IMG/VR virus record: IMGVR_UViG_3300050343_000285
Coordinates: 32,001-96,000 of that record
Origin: a virus
Strand: one strand, 5' to 3'
Length of the DNA: 64,000 nt
The position numbers and the translations under genes are program-made. Numbering within the stretch: position 1 is the stretch's first letter; the number at the start of each line of letters is the position of its first letter. The notes under the pieces were generated by a model. The model worked only from the letters and a program-made list of their open reading frames with translations. It made no database searches and was not told the DNA's origin. Positions 53,521 through 63,829 of the stretch are shown in pieces.

Positions 53521-55726
53521 TTAAATTAGACATGCGCCACCAGCACAACTAATTTCCTCTATTCCTGTAGTATTGTCCTCTGTTTCTAGTAGTTGTGTAT
53601 AATCTACCTTACTAAAACTATTAAAAATCTGTATATATTTTCCAATTATATACATCTTTCATACAATAGGTAAGTCTTTTTATATCTTCGTTAAAGTATT
53701 TTTTTGCAAATCTCCTGCATTTTAATGCAAACAGTTTTTTATCATCATCCATCTTCATCTGATTCTTGATTTAGAGTCATATAGTCACAAGCAGCCCATA
53801 GATTATTATTAAATGCATTAAGACCTAATTCTATTAAACCTGAACACCATAAGCCAGCATCTCCATATTCTTTGACAATTTCTCTACTAGTGTAAACTGT
53901 GGTAAAAGGAGCTTGTGGATAATCTTTATCTCCACTTTGTGGGATAAGACTAATGCCAGCAAAAAACTTTCTGTTGTTGTAAATAAATTTTGTTACATCT
54001 TCCCATTCGTCTGGTTGTACTGTTACGGTATTACTTACATTATGACTAAAAAATCTTGAGTACACAAAGATCTATTTTTACCAGAATGTACCCAATTTGT
54101 TTGAGCATCTTTTACTACTCCCTAACATTTCTACTGCAGGTAATTGATTTTTTAATTTAGAGCCATCTGGAACCTCAATCGGAAATTTTACAACTTCATC
54201 AGTATCATTAGCAGACCAAGAAGATTTTTCACAAGCTTGTGGATTGTAACTTTTAAAATGTTGATATGGAGGTTCTAAAATATTTGCTTGTACATGTCTG
54301 ATATATCTTTTTGCATGATGAGGATGAATACCTGAACTAGTTCCTAGCATGCTACTGCTAGTACCTTCTGGCTTTAAACATGTAACTCTTGCTGCTTGAT
54401 TTATATCAATTTTTTTAGCAATTCTTTATTGTGTCTACAGCAATTTTAGCTCCTTTTTTAAGAACTTTTTCTGTTAAAACTAGGTCATGTTTTTCCATAA
54501 TTCCTGTTAAAGATACACCTAGTAAAGCTTCTCTTTCAAAGATAGAGTTAGTGATTTTACTCCTAGATATTCTAGATCAGTAAAACCAGCTTGTAAAGTA
54601 CCTATAATCGCAGCAGCTTTACATCTTTCATAAAAATCCTCTTCGTCTACTACAGATGAACAATTAATTGTAGATAAGATTACAACCTTGCCATCCAGAT
54701 TTGCCTGTTTTTTCATCTACAGGCCACATCCCTACTTCTACACACGGATTAAAAGTCATTTCTGTAGAATCGCTCCAGATAAAACCAGGCTCTCCAAACT
54801 CTTTAACGGATTCCATAAGAGTTTTGACAAAATCTTCATAAGTAGTATCATCCTTTAATAATAACGCAGAGTTATTACTTCTAGCTCTTTGTGGATTGTC
54901 TATATACCAATTACCTGTTTTTGCTTTCGCCATGTCTTCATCATTTGCGCTAAATAATGCTAACGACGCACTTCTACGAACACCACCAGATAATACAGCA
55001 TCGCTGCTGTGCATAATAATATCATAAGCATCGATTGGTCGTAAGTTTTTTTTGTTTGTTTTCAACGCAATTCTCCAATAATTCTCTAATTTTTTCTAAA
55101 CCTTTTTGCAGTGGTTCAAAACCTGGGGCTTTGCCAACTCCAGAAGATAATACTGCGCCCTTTTCTCTAATGTTTGAATAATCAAAAACAATATATTTAT
55201 CTTTATACTCTGAGAAATTTGATTCACTAGGTTTGTTAAAATATGAACTTAACAAAACACCCAAAGCATCTGCCCAGCCTTCAATACTATCTTCTATTTT
55301 ATATTTTACACCTTTTCTTTTGTCTTTTTTTTCTGTGACACAAGATTTGGTAGTTTTGCTACATGATGTTTTTGGACACTAAATCCAGTACCACTACCAC
55401 ACAACAATAAGCCAAAAACATTCTTGAAAAAATCTAAGTCTATCACAATATGAGCTGGTACAGTTGTAGATCTTAGCGTGACGCTTTAAAATTGGCTCTC
55501 CGCCAAACTGTAGCGCTCTTTGACTACCTAGTACTCTTTTTTTAAACATTAAGTCGTAGGCCCAGTCTATTTGATCAGAGATGCCTTTGTCGTGATATTG
55601 GGTATGCATCATGTTTTTAACACGGTCTACCGCTTCCTTCCAGGTTTCTCTACGATTTTCACTTTCTATCCAACGAGCATACTTACTAACAAATGTATAA
55701 TTTTGAAGCTCATTCAGTGCCGACAT
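53521..55726 (-). CDS. nrdJ: Class II (AdoCbl-dependent, monomeric RTPR-like) ribonucleotide reductase, broken by apparent indel errors
   Basis: SKYARW...RETW, YNCTSS, LLCGSGTGF, GGVRRSA, RSNNS, GEPG, FNPCVEV, QGCNL, CLKPEGT, C-terminal SCAGGAC. Confidence 0.88.
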
Positions 55727-55865
55727 GCTATCTCCTTAGAAATCTGAACCCTAAAAGAATTGAAATTAGTCCTAATAATATGATAACTCATAGTAGACAT
55801 AAATCAAGGGTTTTGGTTAAAGAATTGTTATTAATATTTTAGTATACACCACACAACTTAACGAA

Positions 55866-56327
55866 TCATATTTGAAAATTTTTGATCCAAGATAAATCCG
55901 CATCTACTCGAATAATTTTTATACCCGTTTGGTGTACGAATATATCAAAAAGTTTTTTCTGATTTTCGTCAAATAGTTTTGTTCCATGAGCGTTAGACAT
56001 AATTACTTTTGCAATACCAGCTTGCCATAAAGACATTATACAATCATTACAACACTGTCCTGTTACATAAGCTATTCCATCTGTAGGTTTGTGTGTGCAA
56101 TTAGATAGTGCATTTCTTTCAGCATGAATCATCCAGTGATATTTTTCTGGGCGAGATGTTGGTAGTATGTTATCATCCATACCTCTTGGAAATCCATTAT
56201 ATCCCGTACCTAAAATTAAATTGTCTTGATCTGTAATGATACAGCCATGTTGGGTATGAATATCATGGCTTCGTTGAGCAACAACTGTTGCTAATCCTAA
56301 AAAATAATTTGTCCAGCTAGGTCTCAT
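55866..56327 (-). CDS. dCMP deaminase
   Basis: TGYNGFP, IHAERNAL, CCNDC zinc-binding deaminase motifs. Confidence 0.88.
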   Translation of the reverse strand: MRPSWTNYFLGLATVVAQRSHDIHTQHGCIITDQDNLILGTGYNGFPRGMDDNILPTSRPEKYHWMIHAERNALSNCTHKPTDGIAYVTGQCCNDCIMSLWQAGIAKVIMSNAHGTKLFDENQKKLFDIFVHQTGIKIIRVDADLSWIKNFQI

Positions 56328-56333
56328 GTATTT

Positions 56334-56362
56334 ATTATATAAGTGACTCGTTTATGTGTCAA
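56334..56362 (-). promoter_or_regulatory. Consensus sigma70 promoter, probably giving a leaderless mRNA
   Basis: TTGACA-N17-TATAAT, then 6 nt to the ATG at 56327; no SD. Confidence 0.8.
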
Positions 56363-56364
56363 CT

Positions 56365-58101
56365 CTACTCTAAGAGCTTGCTATGTATAATACAGTATTT
56401 AAAATATTTTTTAAATTCTTCCAAGTGAATTTTTTCTGTATCGGGAGAGGTAAGATTATAAATTAATTTATTTGAGATGTAATTATGTTGTATAAAATTC
56501 CATATTTTAGAATTGTCAAGATCATTATTATAAAAATCTAGCAAAACACTATATAATAAATAATCGTATGGCATAGCTGATAATCTATGCTTTACATAGG
56601 TGGGTAACAACTGCTTACAAAAGTGTAACCATTGTTGTAAATTATTATTCCCCGTAGCATATAAACAAACTCCGCCATTTATATGTTGATTAGATAAATG
56701 ATGCATATTATATAAATTATTTTTATAGTTTTTAGAACCAGAAACCCAAAAATTACCAGAAAATAAACAATAGTTATATACATTAGTCAACCATTTTTGT
56801 CCAAAAAGAACATCACATTCTAACATTAGTGTAGTATTATAATTACATAATTTATGCATTGTTTCAAAAAAGCACCAATTTGGACCAGACATTCTGCCAT
56901 ATTCAGTAGACGGGCTCTCTGTTTTATAATGGTCATATTCTGGGGGTATATTTAGAGATAAAATATTTATTTTATTAAAGTATTGCTCCAGTATCGAGAT
57001 TTGTTTATCTGAAATCTGATATTGCGTAGCAATATTAAAGTCTAATAATTTAGCATATTCTTTGTCCTGATTATTTAGTGAGTCAGTCAGTCTATGTATA
57101 AAGATATCGAATCGACCATTTTCAATTTCTTTACCAGTTAATAATAGGGTTATATCTTCTAACTTATTGTCATATGGTTTTATATCATTTGTAGAGAGAT
57201 AATCTTGAATATTCAATAGTTTATAATCAATCATATCTTTTGAAAGGGGGTATTGCTGTCTTGACTTGATCTGTCTTTTATCTAAATGTATAGCGTTAAT
57301 ATTTTTATACAAATTAATGAAATTTAATCCACATTCTTTCTCAAGATAGTTTTTAAATAATCTATCACAGTTACCAATACCTAATTCAAAATTGATATAT
57401 TTAGGATCTATGACATCTATTTTGTCTTTAAAAATCCAACAATCTTGCGAATATATAGGGTTTGTTGGGTTGTTATAATCTTCGTACGTATCATGACTGT
57501 TTACGATATTCCCATTACTGTCAAGATCTTTACGAGTTATAGTATAAAATGTTTTTGGGGTAAAATATTTAGTAAATACATGCTCTAAAGTTTCATCAAA
57601 ATATATATCAGTATTAGATAATATTTTAATATATTCACTGTAGTGTTTTTGAGAATAAACCACCCAATCTGCATAGCTTAATCTTTTATCTATATAAGCC
57701 GTTTTTAACTTGGGGTGACCCATAAGATGGGACGGTATTATTGTGTCTTTACTCTCCATCATTAAACATATAGTTTCTATATATTGATTTTGAATATTAT
57801 TTTCCAGACATCGAATATTATTCAGCGTAGTTGTATTATCCTCTGGATTATACCAAGGAGTGAATAAAACGATCCTTTGTTCATCATTTTGTATCGAAAC
57901 AAGCTGATTATGAGATATTGTATTATTAATCATATCTCTATAAATCGGTTTATATTGACGATTTTCATTTTTTCCATACGAGACATAATGATTAATAGCG
58001 GCTTGTTCTGTTTTTAAGCCAGCTTGCATTAAGTCTGGATGGCTAGAAAGATAGAAACTCCAATCAAAATCTTTAGGTACATTAGAATTACTGACTTGCA
58101 T
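56365..58101 (-). CDS. Multi-domain glycosyltransferase-like protein
   Basis: N-terminal FDWSFYLSSHPDL...HYVSYGKNENR module; two GT-A-like domains with NTDIYFD and LECDVLF acidic motifs. Confidence 0.45.
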   Translation of the reverse strand: MQVSNSNVPKDFDWSFYLSSHPDLMQAGLKTEQAAINHYVSYGKNENRQYKPIYRDMINNTISHNQLVSIQNDEQRIVLFTPWYNPEDNTTTLNNIRCLENNIQNQYIETICLMMESKDTIIPSHLMGHPKLKTAYIDKRLSYADWVVYSQKHYSEYIKILSNTDIYFDETLEHVFTKYFTPKTFYTITRKDLDSNGNIVNSHDTYEDYNNPTNPIYSQDCWIFKDKIDVIDPKYINFELGIGNCDRLFKNYLEKECGLNFINLYKNINAIHLDKRQIKSRQQYPLSKDMIDYKLLNIQDYLSTNDIKPYDNKLEDITLLLTGKEIENGRFDIFIHRLTDSLNNQDKEYAKLLDFNIATQYQISDKQISILEQYFNKINILSLNIPPEYDHYKTESPSTEYGRMSGPNWCFFETMHKLCNYNTTLMLECDVLFGQKWLTNVYNYCLFSGNFWVSGSKNYKNNLYNMHHLSNQHINGGVCLYATGNNNLQQWLHFCKQLLPTYVKHRLSAMPYDYLLYSVLLDFYNNDLDNSKIWNFIQHNYISNKLIYNLTSPDTEKIHLEEFKKYFKYCIIHSKLLE

Positions 58102-59056
58102 GTTCTATCATTTCGTTAATGAGTGTTTGCAGATTATATTCTTGAGTCCAACCCAGTTCTGTTTTAGCTGGTTCAGCAAAACCTCTGAGATAATTTAATT
58201 CTTCTGGCCTTTCATATCTAACATCTTTTTTAATATATTTGTTTGGGTCTAATGATAATTTTTCAAATACATATTCTAATATAAATTGTACAGAACAGGA
58301 CCTCCCCGTAGCTATAACGTAGTCTTTAGGAGCCTCCTGTTGTAGCATCAGATACATAGCTTTTACATAATCTTTAGCGTGTCCCCAATCTCTTTTGGCT
58401 TGCAAATTGCCTAGAGTTAAAGATTCAGATAATCCTTTTTTGATATTTACAGCACCTGTTACTATTTTGTTAGTCACAAAATTTACACCTCTTCTTGGAG
58501 ATTCATGATTAAATAAAATGCCAGAGCATATATACATATTATATGCATTTCTATAATTTTTACAAATATTGTATGCAAAAAGTTTTGAACATCCATATGG
58601 ACTCACAGGTTGCATTGGCGTTGTAATTCTTTGATAACCATCGCTATCTATTGAATTACCAAACATTTCTGAAGATGCAGCGTTATAAATCTTAGCGTTT
58701 GGAGCATTTTCTTTTGCTGATTCTAAAACATTAATTGTACCACCACAATTAACATCTGTGGTATATTTAGGTAAATCAAAAGATATTCTTACATGACTTT
58801 GTGCAGCTAAATGATATATTTCATTTGGTTGAGATATCTTAATAGCTCTATCTATAGAAGATCTATCTAAAAGATCTGCATATATAAGATTTATATTATT
58901 ATCTTGGTAAATTTTATTTATTCTGGTTGTTTGAGATTCGGGTACAGAATTCCGTCTTATTGTACCATATAACTCATAATTTAAACTATATAGGTATTCA
59001 ATTAAATATGATGCATCTTGACCATTAGCTCCAATTACAAGCGCTCTTTTTGACAT
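58088..59056 (-). CDS. gmd: GDP-mannose 4,6-dehydratase
   Basis: GANGQDASY, YHLAAQSHV, SSEMFG, PVSPYGCSK, LFNHESPRRG, LGNL.AKRDWGHAKDYV. Confidence 0.95.
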   Translation of the reverse strand: MSKRALVIGANGQDASYLIEYLYSLNYELYGTIRRNSVPESQTTRINKIYQDNNINLIYADLLDRSSIDRAIKISQPNEIYHLAAQSHVRISFDLPKYTTDVNCGGTINVLESAKENAPNAKIYNAASSEMFGNSIDSDGYQRITTPMQPVSPYGCSKLFAYNICKNYRNAYNMYICSGILFNHESPRRGVNFVTNKIVTGAVNIKKGLSESLTLGNLQAKRDWGHAKDYVKAMYLMLQQEAPKDYVIATGRSCSVQFILEYVFEKLSLDPNKYIKKDVRYERPEELNYLRGFAEPAKTELGWTQEYNLQTLINEMIEHASQ

Positions 59057-59060
59057 ATAC

Positions 59061-60005
59061 CTATACTCTCTTATCCGCTTTAGCCGTTTTTTCAAACCAA
59101 TTAACCGTGTCCTGTAAACCTGTCAATAAATCTATTTTAGCTTTCCACCCTAAGCTGTTAATTTTTGACACATCTAAATATCGTTTGGGAGTACCGTTGG
59201 GATATTTTGTGTTCCATGTAATGTCTCCTTCATACCCAACTGATTGTTTAATATTTTCTGATAATGTTTTTATACTAGTCTCTATACCGCTACCCACATT
59301 AATAATATTAGGATTATTATAGTGATGCATTAGATAGAGGGCAGCATCTGCTAAATCGTCTACATGAAGAAATTCTCTAGTAGGACTTCCATCCCCATAA
59401 CATTCAACGGTAGGCATTTTATAATTTCTAGCATCTATAAATTTACGAATTAATGCTGGAATAACATGACATTCATCTAATTTAAAGTTGTCATAGTGCC
59501 CATATAAATTTGAAGGCATCAGGGATATAGTATTAAAACCATATTGCTCAGTGTACTTATGACACATTGTATAACCCGCTATTTTAGCTATAGCATATGC
59601 TATATTTGTTTCCTCAAGCTCTCCCGTAAGTAAGTCTGATTCTTTAATTGGTACTGAAGCTAGTTTGGGATAAATACATGCAGACCCAAGAAAGCATAAT
59701 TTAATAACACCAGTACTACAAGCTGTGTCTATTACGTTTGTTTGAATCAGAAGATTGTCTCTTATAAAATTTGCTGGGTGTTTTTTATTATGTGTAATAC
59801 CTCCTACTTTAGCAGCAGCTAAAAATACATATTCCGGATTATTTTTTTGGAAAAACTCTCTAACCTGACACTGATCAGTTAGATCTAACTCCTGTTTGGT
59901 TCTGACAATTATATTTTGATAGCCTTCTTGAGATAATTTTCTACAGATAGCTGAACCTACCATACCCTTATGTCCAGCGACATATATTTTACATTTTGTA
60001 TCCAT
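59061..60005 (-). CDS. fcl: GDP-L-fucose synthase
   Basis: VAGHKGMVGSAI, AAAKVGGI, FLGSACIYP, YAIAKIAG, MPSNLYG, HVIPALI, REFLHVDDLA. Confidence 0.95.
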   Translation of the reverse strand: MDTKCKIYVAGHKGMVGSAICRKLSQEGYQNIIVRTKQELDLTDQCQVREFFQKNNPEYVFLAAAKVGGITHNKKHPANFIRDNLLIQTNVIDTACSTGVIKLCFLGSACIYPKLASVPIKESDLLTGELEETNIAYAIAKIAGYTMCHKYTEQYGFNTISLMPSNLYGHYDNFKLDECHVIPALIRKFIDARNYKMPTVECYGDGSPTREFLHVDDLADAALYLMHHYNNPNIINVGSGIETSIKTLSENIKQSVGYEGDITWNTKYPNGTPKRYLDVSKINSLGWKAKIDLLTGLQDTVNWFEKTAKADKRV

Positions 60006-60078
60006 AATATTTAAGCCATATCGTAAAAGTTTTTGCTACGGTTTTATAATAGTTCTTAGCTTAATAATAAGCAATGTC

Positions 60079-61764
60079 TTATATATAAATTTTATCGCAT
60101 GTCAACTTATGAGGTATTAATCCTGATAAAATTCTTTCCCAAGTATGCGTTTTGGTGGCTCGGTGATTTTTGGTGTAGCCATATTCTAGACTTAGATGTT
60201 CTTCGGATAGATTAATTTTATATTTTTTAATAAAAGATTTAATAACACTAAGCTTATAGATAAACATTGTACCAGCAAAAAAATTAAAATTATAATTAGT
60301 ATTAATATTATAACGATTACAAAATTCATTCATTTTTGATTTATTAATATCATCCATTGGTACATTGTGGTCGATTAATCCTGCTATAGCTGAGTGACGT
60401 TGGTTTTCTAAAAGATAAAGAGAATAATCTAACTGATTTAATATTGAATCAAAACACATATGTCTAAATCCATGATGTGATTTTGAATGAAATTTTAAAA
60501 TATAATTATATTTATTGTTATCTAATATATATTTATCTAATATATATAAAAATGGGCCTATGTCTGCTCCAATATTTGGTATAACATATGAATCTATATT
60601 AGGTATAATATCTATAGAAGTTACAAATAAATCTATTCCTAATTTCTGAATTTTATCTATATATTTTTTAATATCATTTATGTAAACACCATTGAGGTTT
60701 CCGATATGTATATGGCAGGCTACTCCAGTATGCTTATCATTTTTGTACTGTAAGAATTTATCAATAATGCTACGACCAGTACAATTAACAATTTCTGGTT
60801 TTAAAACACAATGTTGAACATTCAGTCTTGATATTTTGTATAGCTTTTTGGATATTAGTGGAAATTCGTGTTTTTTAATAATATGTCTATAATCTAATAT
60901 ATCAAAAGAAAATAAATTTTGCCAAAATATTTCTTTATATAGATTAATATATAATAAACAGCTATAAGTTATATTATTCTCAAATAATAATTTGTTAATA
61001 TAAAAGCTTGTACGACTAGTGTTCTTAATTATACATTTTAATATTTTAAATGCTGTACGTCTTTTCATTATCATACAATCGGTATTAATACCATAATAGT
61101 ATTTATTATTATAAGTTATATTATATTTATCATGAATACTAAAAACATCAGCATTAGAATGCATTCCTTGTTTTATAAAATTCTGTAATGATGAGCATAT
61201 ACAATTATTATTATTTATATATAAGCAGTAATTATATTTTTTTATATATCTTATTAGATCATATGGTTTTGTTAGGGTCGTTATTTTATCTTTATATTTT
61301 TCATTTATAATCTTGCAAAAATTGATATGACCTAAAGTGATAATTTTAATATTCTCTGTATCGCTCAGAATATTATCAATAGAATTAATAGCTATAGCTA
61401 AGTCTACTTCACTATTTAAATATGCTACATATATACAGCACATATTATTAATATTTATTGAATGATTTAATAACTCGCAAGAAGTGTTTTTATCTTTAAA
61501 CCATTGATGATATGAGTTTTTACGCAATAGAAAGTATTGTATAGCCCTATATTCCGTATCAATACTAATATTATTCCAATTTAATTTACTAACAAATAGA
61601 CCATAGTCAAAATTATCATTAACTATACATCTATTGATAAACTTTCCTTCAAGCTTATTGTCTTCCCAAAAATTTTGAGACGTAGAAGAACAACCATAGT
61701 ATTGATTATAAAAATCTTGATCAAACACATTAAGGAATGTGTTGTGTATATCCTCTGAATCCAT
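60079..61764 (-). CDS. RgpF-like (rhamnan synthesis) polysaccharide biosynthesis protein
   Basis: CHIHI, NIGADIGPF, LKFHSK, FFAGTMF, HTWER motifs in the C-terminal half; very AT-rich. Confidence 0.55.
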   Translation of the reverse strand: MDSEDIHNTFLNVFDQDFYNQYYGCSSTSQNFWEDNKLEGKFINRCIVNDNFDYGLFVSKLNWNNISIDTEYRAIQYFLLRKNSYHQWFKDKNTSCELLNHSININNMCCIYVAYLNSEVDLAIAINSIDNILSDTENIKIITLGHINFCKIINEKYKDKITTLTKPYDLIRYIKKYNYCLYINNNNCICSSLQNFIKQGMHSNADVFSIHDKYNITYNNKYYYGINTDCMIMKRRTAFKILKCIIKNTSRTSFYINKLLFENNITYSCLLYINLYKEIFWQNLFSFDILDYRHIIKKHEFPLISKKLYKISRLNVQHCVLKPEIVNCTGRSIIDKFLQYKNDKHTGVACHIHIGNLNGVYINDIKKYIDKIQKLGIDLFVTSIDIIPNIDSYVIPNIGADIGPFLYILDKYILDNNKYNYILKFHSKSHHGFRHMCFDSILNQLDYSLYLLENQRHSAIAGLIDHNVPMDDINKSKMNEFCNRYNINTNYNFNFFAGTMFIYKLSVIKSFIKKYKINLSEEHLSLEYGYTKNHRATKTHTWERILSGLIPHKLTCDKIYI

Positions 61765-61773
61765 ATTATATTT

Positions 61774-61998
61774 TTATTTATTAACTAATTTATTATATAG
61801 CAATAAAGCTACACAAGAACCTCCTATGCCCATAAAAATGCCAGCTGGTTCAACAGCGGAATATGATCCTAACAAATAAAGTATAGCTCCACCCATATAG
61901 GAACCAGCAACACCTAGAGCGATTGTCCTAATAAAACCAAAATTTTCTTCCCCAGGTATAATTGCTTTAGCAATAGAACCTACGAAAATACCATACAC
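61774..61998 (-). CDS. GlsB/YeaQ/YmgE-family membrane protein (5' end uncertain)
   Basis: GIFVGSIAKAIIPG...TIALGVAGSYMGG...GIFMGIGG; three hydrophobic segments. Confidence 0.7.
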   Translation of the reverse strand: MYGIFVGSIAKAIIPGEENFGFIRTIALGVAGSYMGGAILYLLGSYSAVEPAGIFMGIGGSCVALLLYNKLVNK

Positions 61999-62004
61999 TC
62001 ATAA

Positions 62005-62241
62005 TTATGGTTCACAGTATTGACAGTTGATTTTTGCTATTCCATCTCCGCTTAAATACCATCCCTTACCTTTACATACAGGACAGTCTTTTCTTTTATA
62101 TTTTTTTGTTACGTCTATTTTTTGACTAGCTGCTATTTTGGCTCCGATTAAAGTTACTACAGAAGTAGTACTATATTTTGAAACCGAAGCAAAGAGCATT
62201 GTACCGCCTAAAACAGTAGCAATTAATATTTTGCTGATCAT
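62005..62241 (-). CDS. Small secreted/membrane-anchored Zn-finger protein
   Basis: Hydrophobic N-terminus; CPVCKGKG...CQYC. Confidence 0.55.
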   Translation of the reverse strand: MISKILIATVLGGTMLFASVSKYSTTSVVTLIGAKIAASQKIDVTKKYKRKDCPVCKGKGWYLSGDGIAKINCQYCEP

Positions 62242-62396
62242 TTTTTAAATAACCTATCTATTAAGTCTTTAATTGGTCTTTTTGGTTTTGGTGCAGCCTT
62301 ATCATTGTTTGGTGCAAACATTTTTAAAATTGCTAGTATAAAATTAGTAATAGTTTTAATAAGGCTATTCAGTGCTATTTTATCTAATAATCTCAT
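62238..62396 (-). CDS. 52-aa amphipathic basic protein (not in ORF track)
   Basis: MRLLDKIALNSLIKTITNFILAILKMFAPNNDKAAPKPKRPIKDLIDRLFKK*; overlaps the flanking genes at both ends. Confidence 0.6.
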   Translation of the reverse strand: MRLLDKIALNSLIKTITNFILAILKMFAPNNDKAAPKPKRPIKDLIDRLFKK

Positions 62397-63319
62397 AAGT
62401 AATCTACGAAGCCGTAGTCCGGAAGTTTTTGAGGAGGGAAACCATTAAAATCACTAAATGCGTATGCTCCATTCTGCCTAAGCATACCTTCTGCAATATC
62501 TGCGTGTATTAAAAAAGATCCATCCGGAATTGGTCCCCATTCTGGATGTCCTCCACTATTGAATTTACCCCAGCTATTTTGTATAAGAAATGCAGGTTCT
62601 TTACCTGTGTCGTCACAAGCTGTCCATGCCATTGCATGAGCCCATGATCCGCTTTTTCTTGCAAAACCCTTGCTATCTCTTTTGTTAGAAAATCCATAAC
62701 TACTACATACACTTAAACCATACCCATTAGCAAGTGCATCTCTAGCTTCTTCTACTGTTTTAATTAAAGATACTGTCTTAATTTGATGTTCATCAGCTTT
62801 ATCAATTACCTTATCTGGTAATCCCCTGCTACCCCATCTTGCGCCCATACTGCCATTATACTTACTAAAGTCTGCAACTCCAGGGTAATTTTTTCTGACA
62901 AGTACTCCACCAACTTGGCTAACAAATTTAGCAGCACGACTACAGCTCATACCTTGTCCGCCATGACCCCTACATCCATATATAGCTTCTGTAGCACCTC
63001 TTGCTATCCAGCTTTCTTTGTCTCCTTTAATATCTATTTCTACTGCTCTGGTTAAATCACAGCCGTTTCTGGTAGCGTGTGATACACAGTCTCCTGTGGT
63101 CTGTCTTTCTATATATGCATGCTTATCGAATTTTAGTACAGACATAAACGGAGTAGACAGTTTACCTTTACCGCTATTTTTAATTTTTTTAGAACCGTCT
63201 TTAAAATATGCATACCTAGACGTTTCCATCAGTTCATCATATACGTGCTGTTCCCAAAGGCAGCCACTATAACCCTTACGATATTCATTGTATAGTTGGT
63301 CTGGTGTTAATCTTGGCAT
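62393..63319 (-). CDS. Papain-like (C1A) cysteine peptidase
   Basis: QTTGDCVSHA (oxyanion Gln and catalytic Cys), WAHAM (His), IQNSWG (Asn). Confidence 0.8.
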   Translation of the reverse strand: MPRLTPDQLYNEYRKGYSGCLWEQHVYDELMETSRYAYFKDGSKKIKNSGKGKLSTPFMSVLKFDKHAYIERQTTGDCVSHATRNGCDLTRAVEIDIKGDKESWIARGATEAIYGCRGHGGQGMSCSRAAKFVSQVGGVLVRKNYPGVADFSKYNGSMGARWGSRGLPDKVIDKADEHQIKTVSLIKTVEEARDALANGYGLSVCSSYGFSNKRDSKGFARKSGSWAHAMAWTACDDTGKEPAFLIQNSWGKFNSGGHPEWGPIPDGSFLIHADIAEGMLRQNGAYAFSDFNGFPPQKLPDYGFVDYL

Positions 63320-63829
63320 TTATTGACTTCCTTGATAAAAGGCCCACGATAAAGCTCTGAATGCATCAACTGCTTTGTTTCTAGTTTCGTCATCTAACAC
63401 AACATCCTCTTCGCCTATAGCAGAAATAAGCAAATCTTTAGCTTTATCTGCTAATCCTTGATATTTATTTTTTACATCTAGTCTTAGCATTTTGCCAGAT
63501 AAACTATTAACTTCTCTAATAGAAGCTGTGTCAGATATAATTTTATCATCTCCGTCTATCTCTATTAAAGTAGCTATATCAGAATATAGTGCAGAAAGTT
63601 TTAAACTGTCAGATTTTCGTGTAGAATCATCTGATTGTTTTAAAATTTTTGAAACAGCTCTTGCTTTTTCTAACAGTTCTGTATCTGAAGGTGCGTCAAT
63701 AACATAATTTTCTAAATTACACGAAGGTTGATTCACGGGTAACCTAATATTAAAATTACTTAAATCAGGCTTCAGTATACCTATAACAATTAATATTCCG
63801 CCTAAAATTAACCATAATTTTTTAGACAT
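63320..63829 (-). CDS. Membrane-anchored hypothetical protein
   Basis: N-terminal TM KKLWLILGGILIVIGILK then a soluble helical domain; GGAGG SD. Confidence 0.65.
   Translation of the reverse strand: MSKKLWLILGGILIVIGILKPDLSNFNIRLPVNQPSCNLENYVIDAPSDTELLEKARAVSKILKQSDDSTRKSDSLKLSALYSDIATLIEIDGDDKIISDTASIREVNSLSGKMLRLDVKNKYQGLADKAKDLLISAIGEEDVVLDDETRNKAVDAFRALSWAFYQGSQ

Noticed and set aside
52763-55726. Fragmented nrdJ and phoH as fractured or intron-split genes
   Set aside because: The fragments abut with 1-2 nt offsets and no intervening sequence. They include an extra CA in a CACACA run and a self-compensating frameshift in phoH, consistent with indel noise.
56365-61764. Giant-virus or host chromosomal origin of the glycan genes
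   Set aside because: They are tightly packed and co-oriented with phage genes and use bacterial-type signals; no junction, att site or host housekeeping genes are visible.
82-63707. Short ORFs antisense to or overlapping real genes (e.g. 82-306, 3940-4365, 12833-13420, 39350-39676)
   Set aside because: They lie wholly within well-supported genes, lack SDs and motifs, and reflect codon bias of the coding strand.
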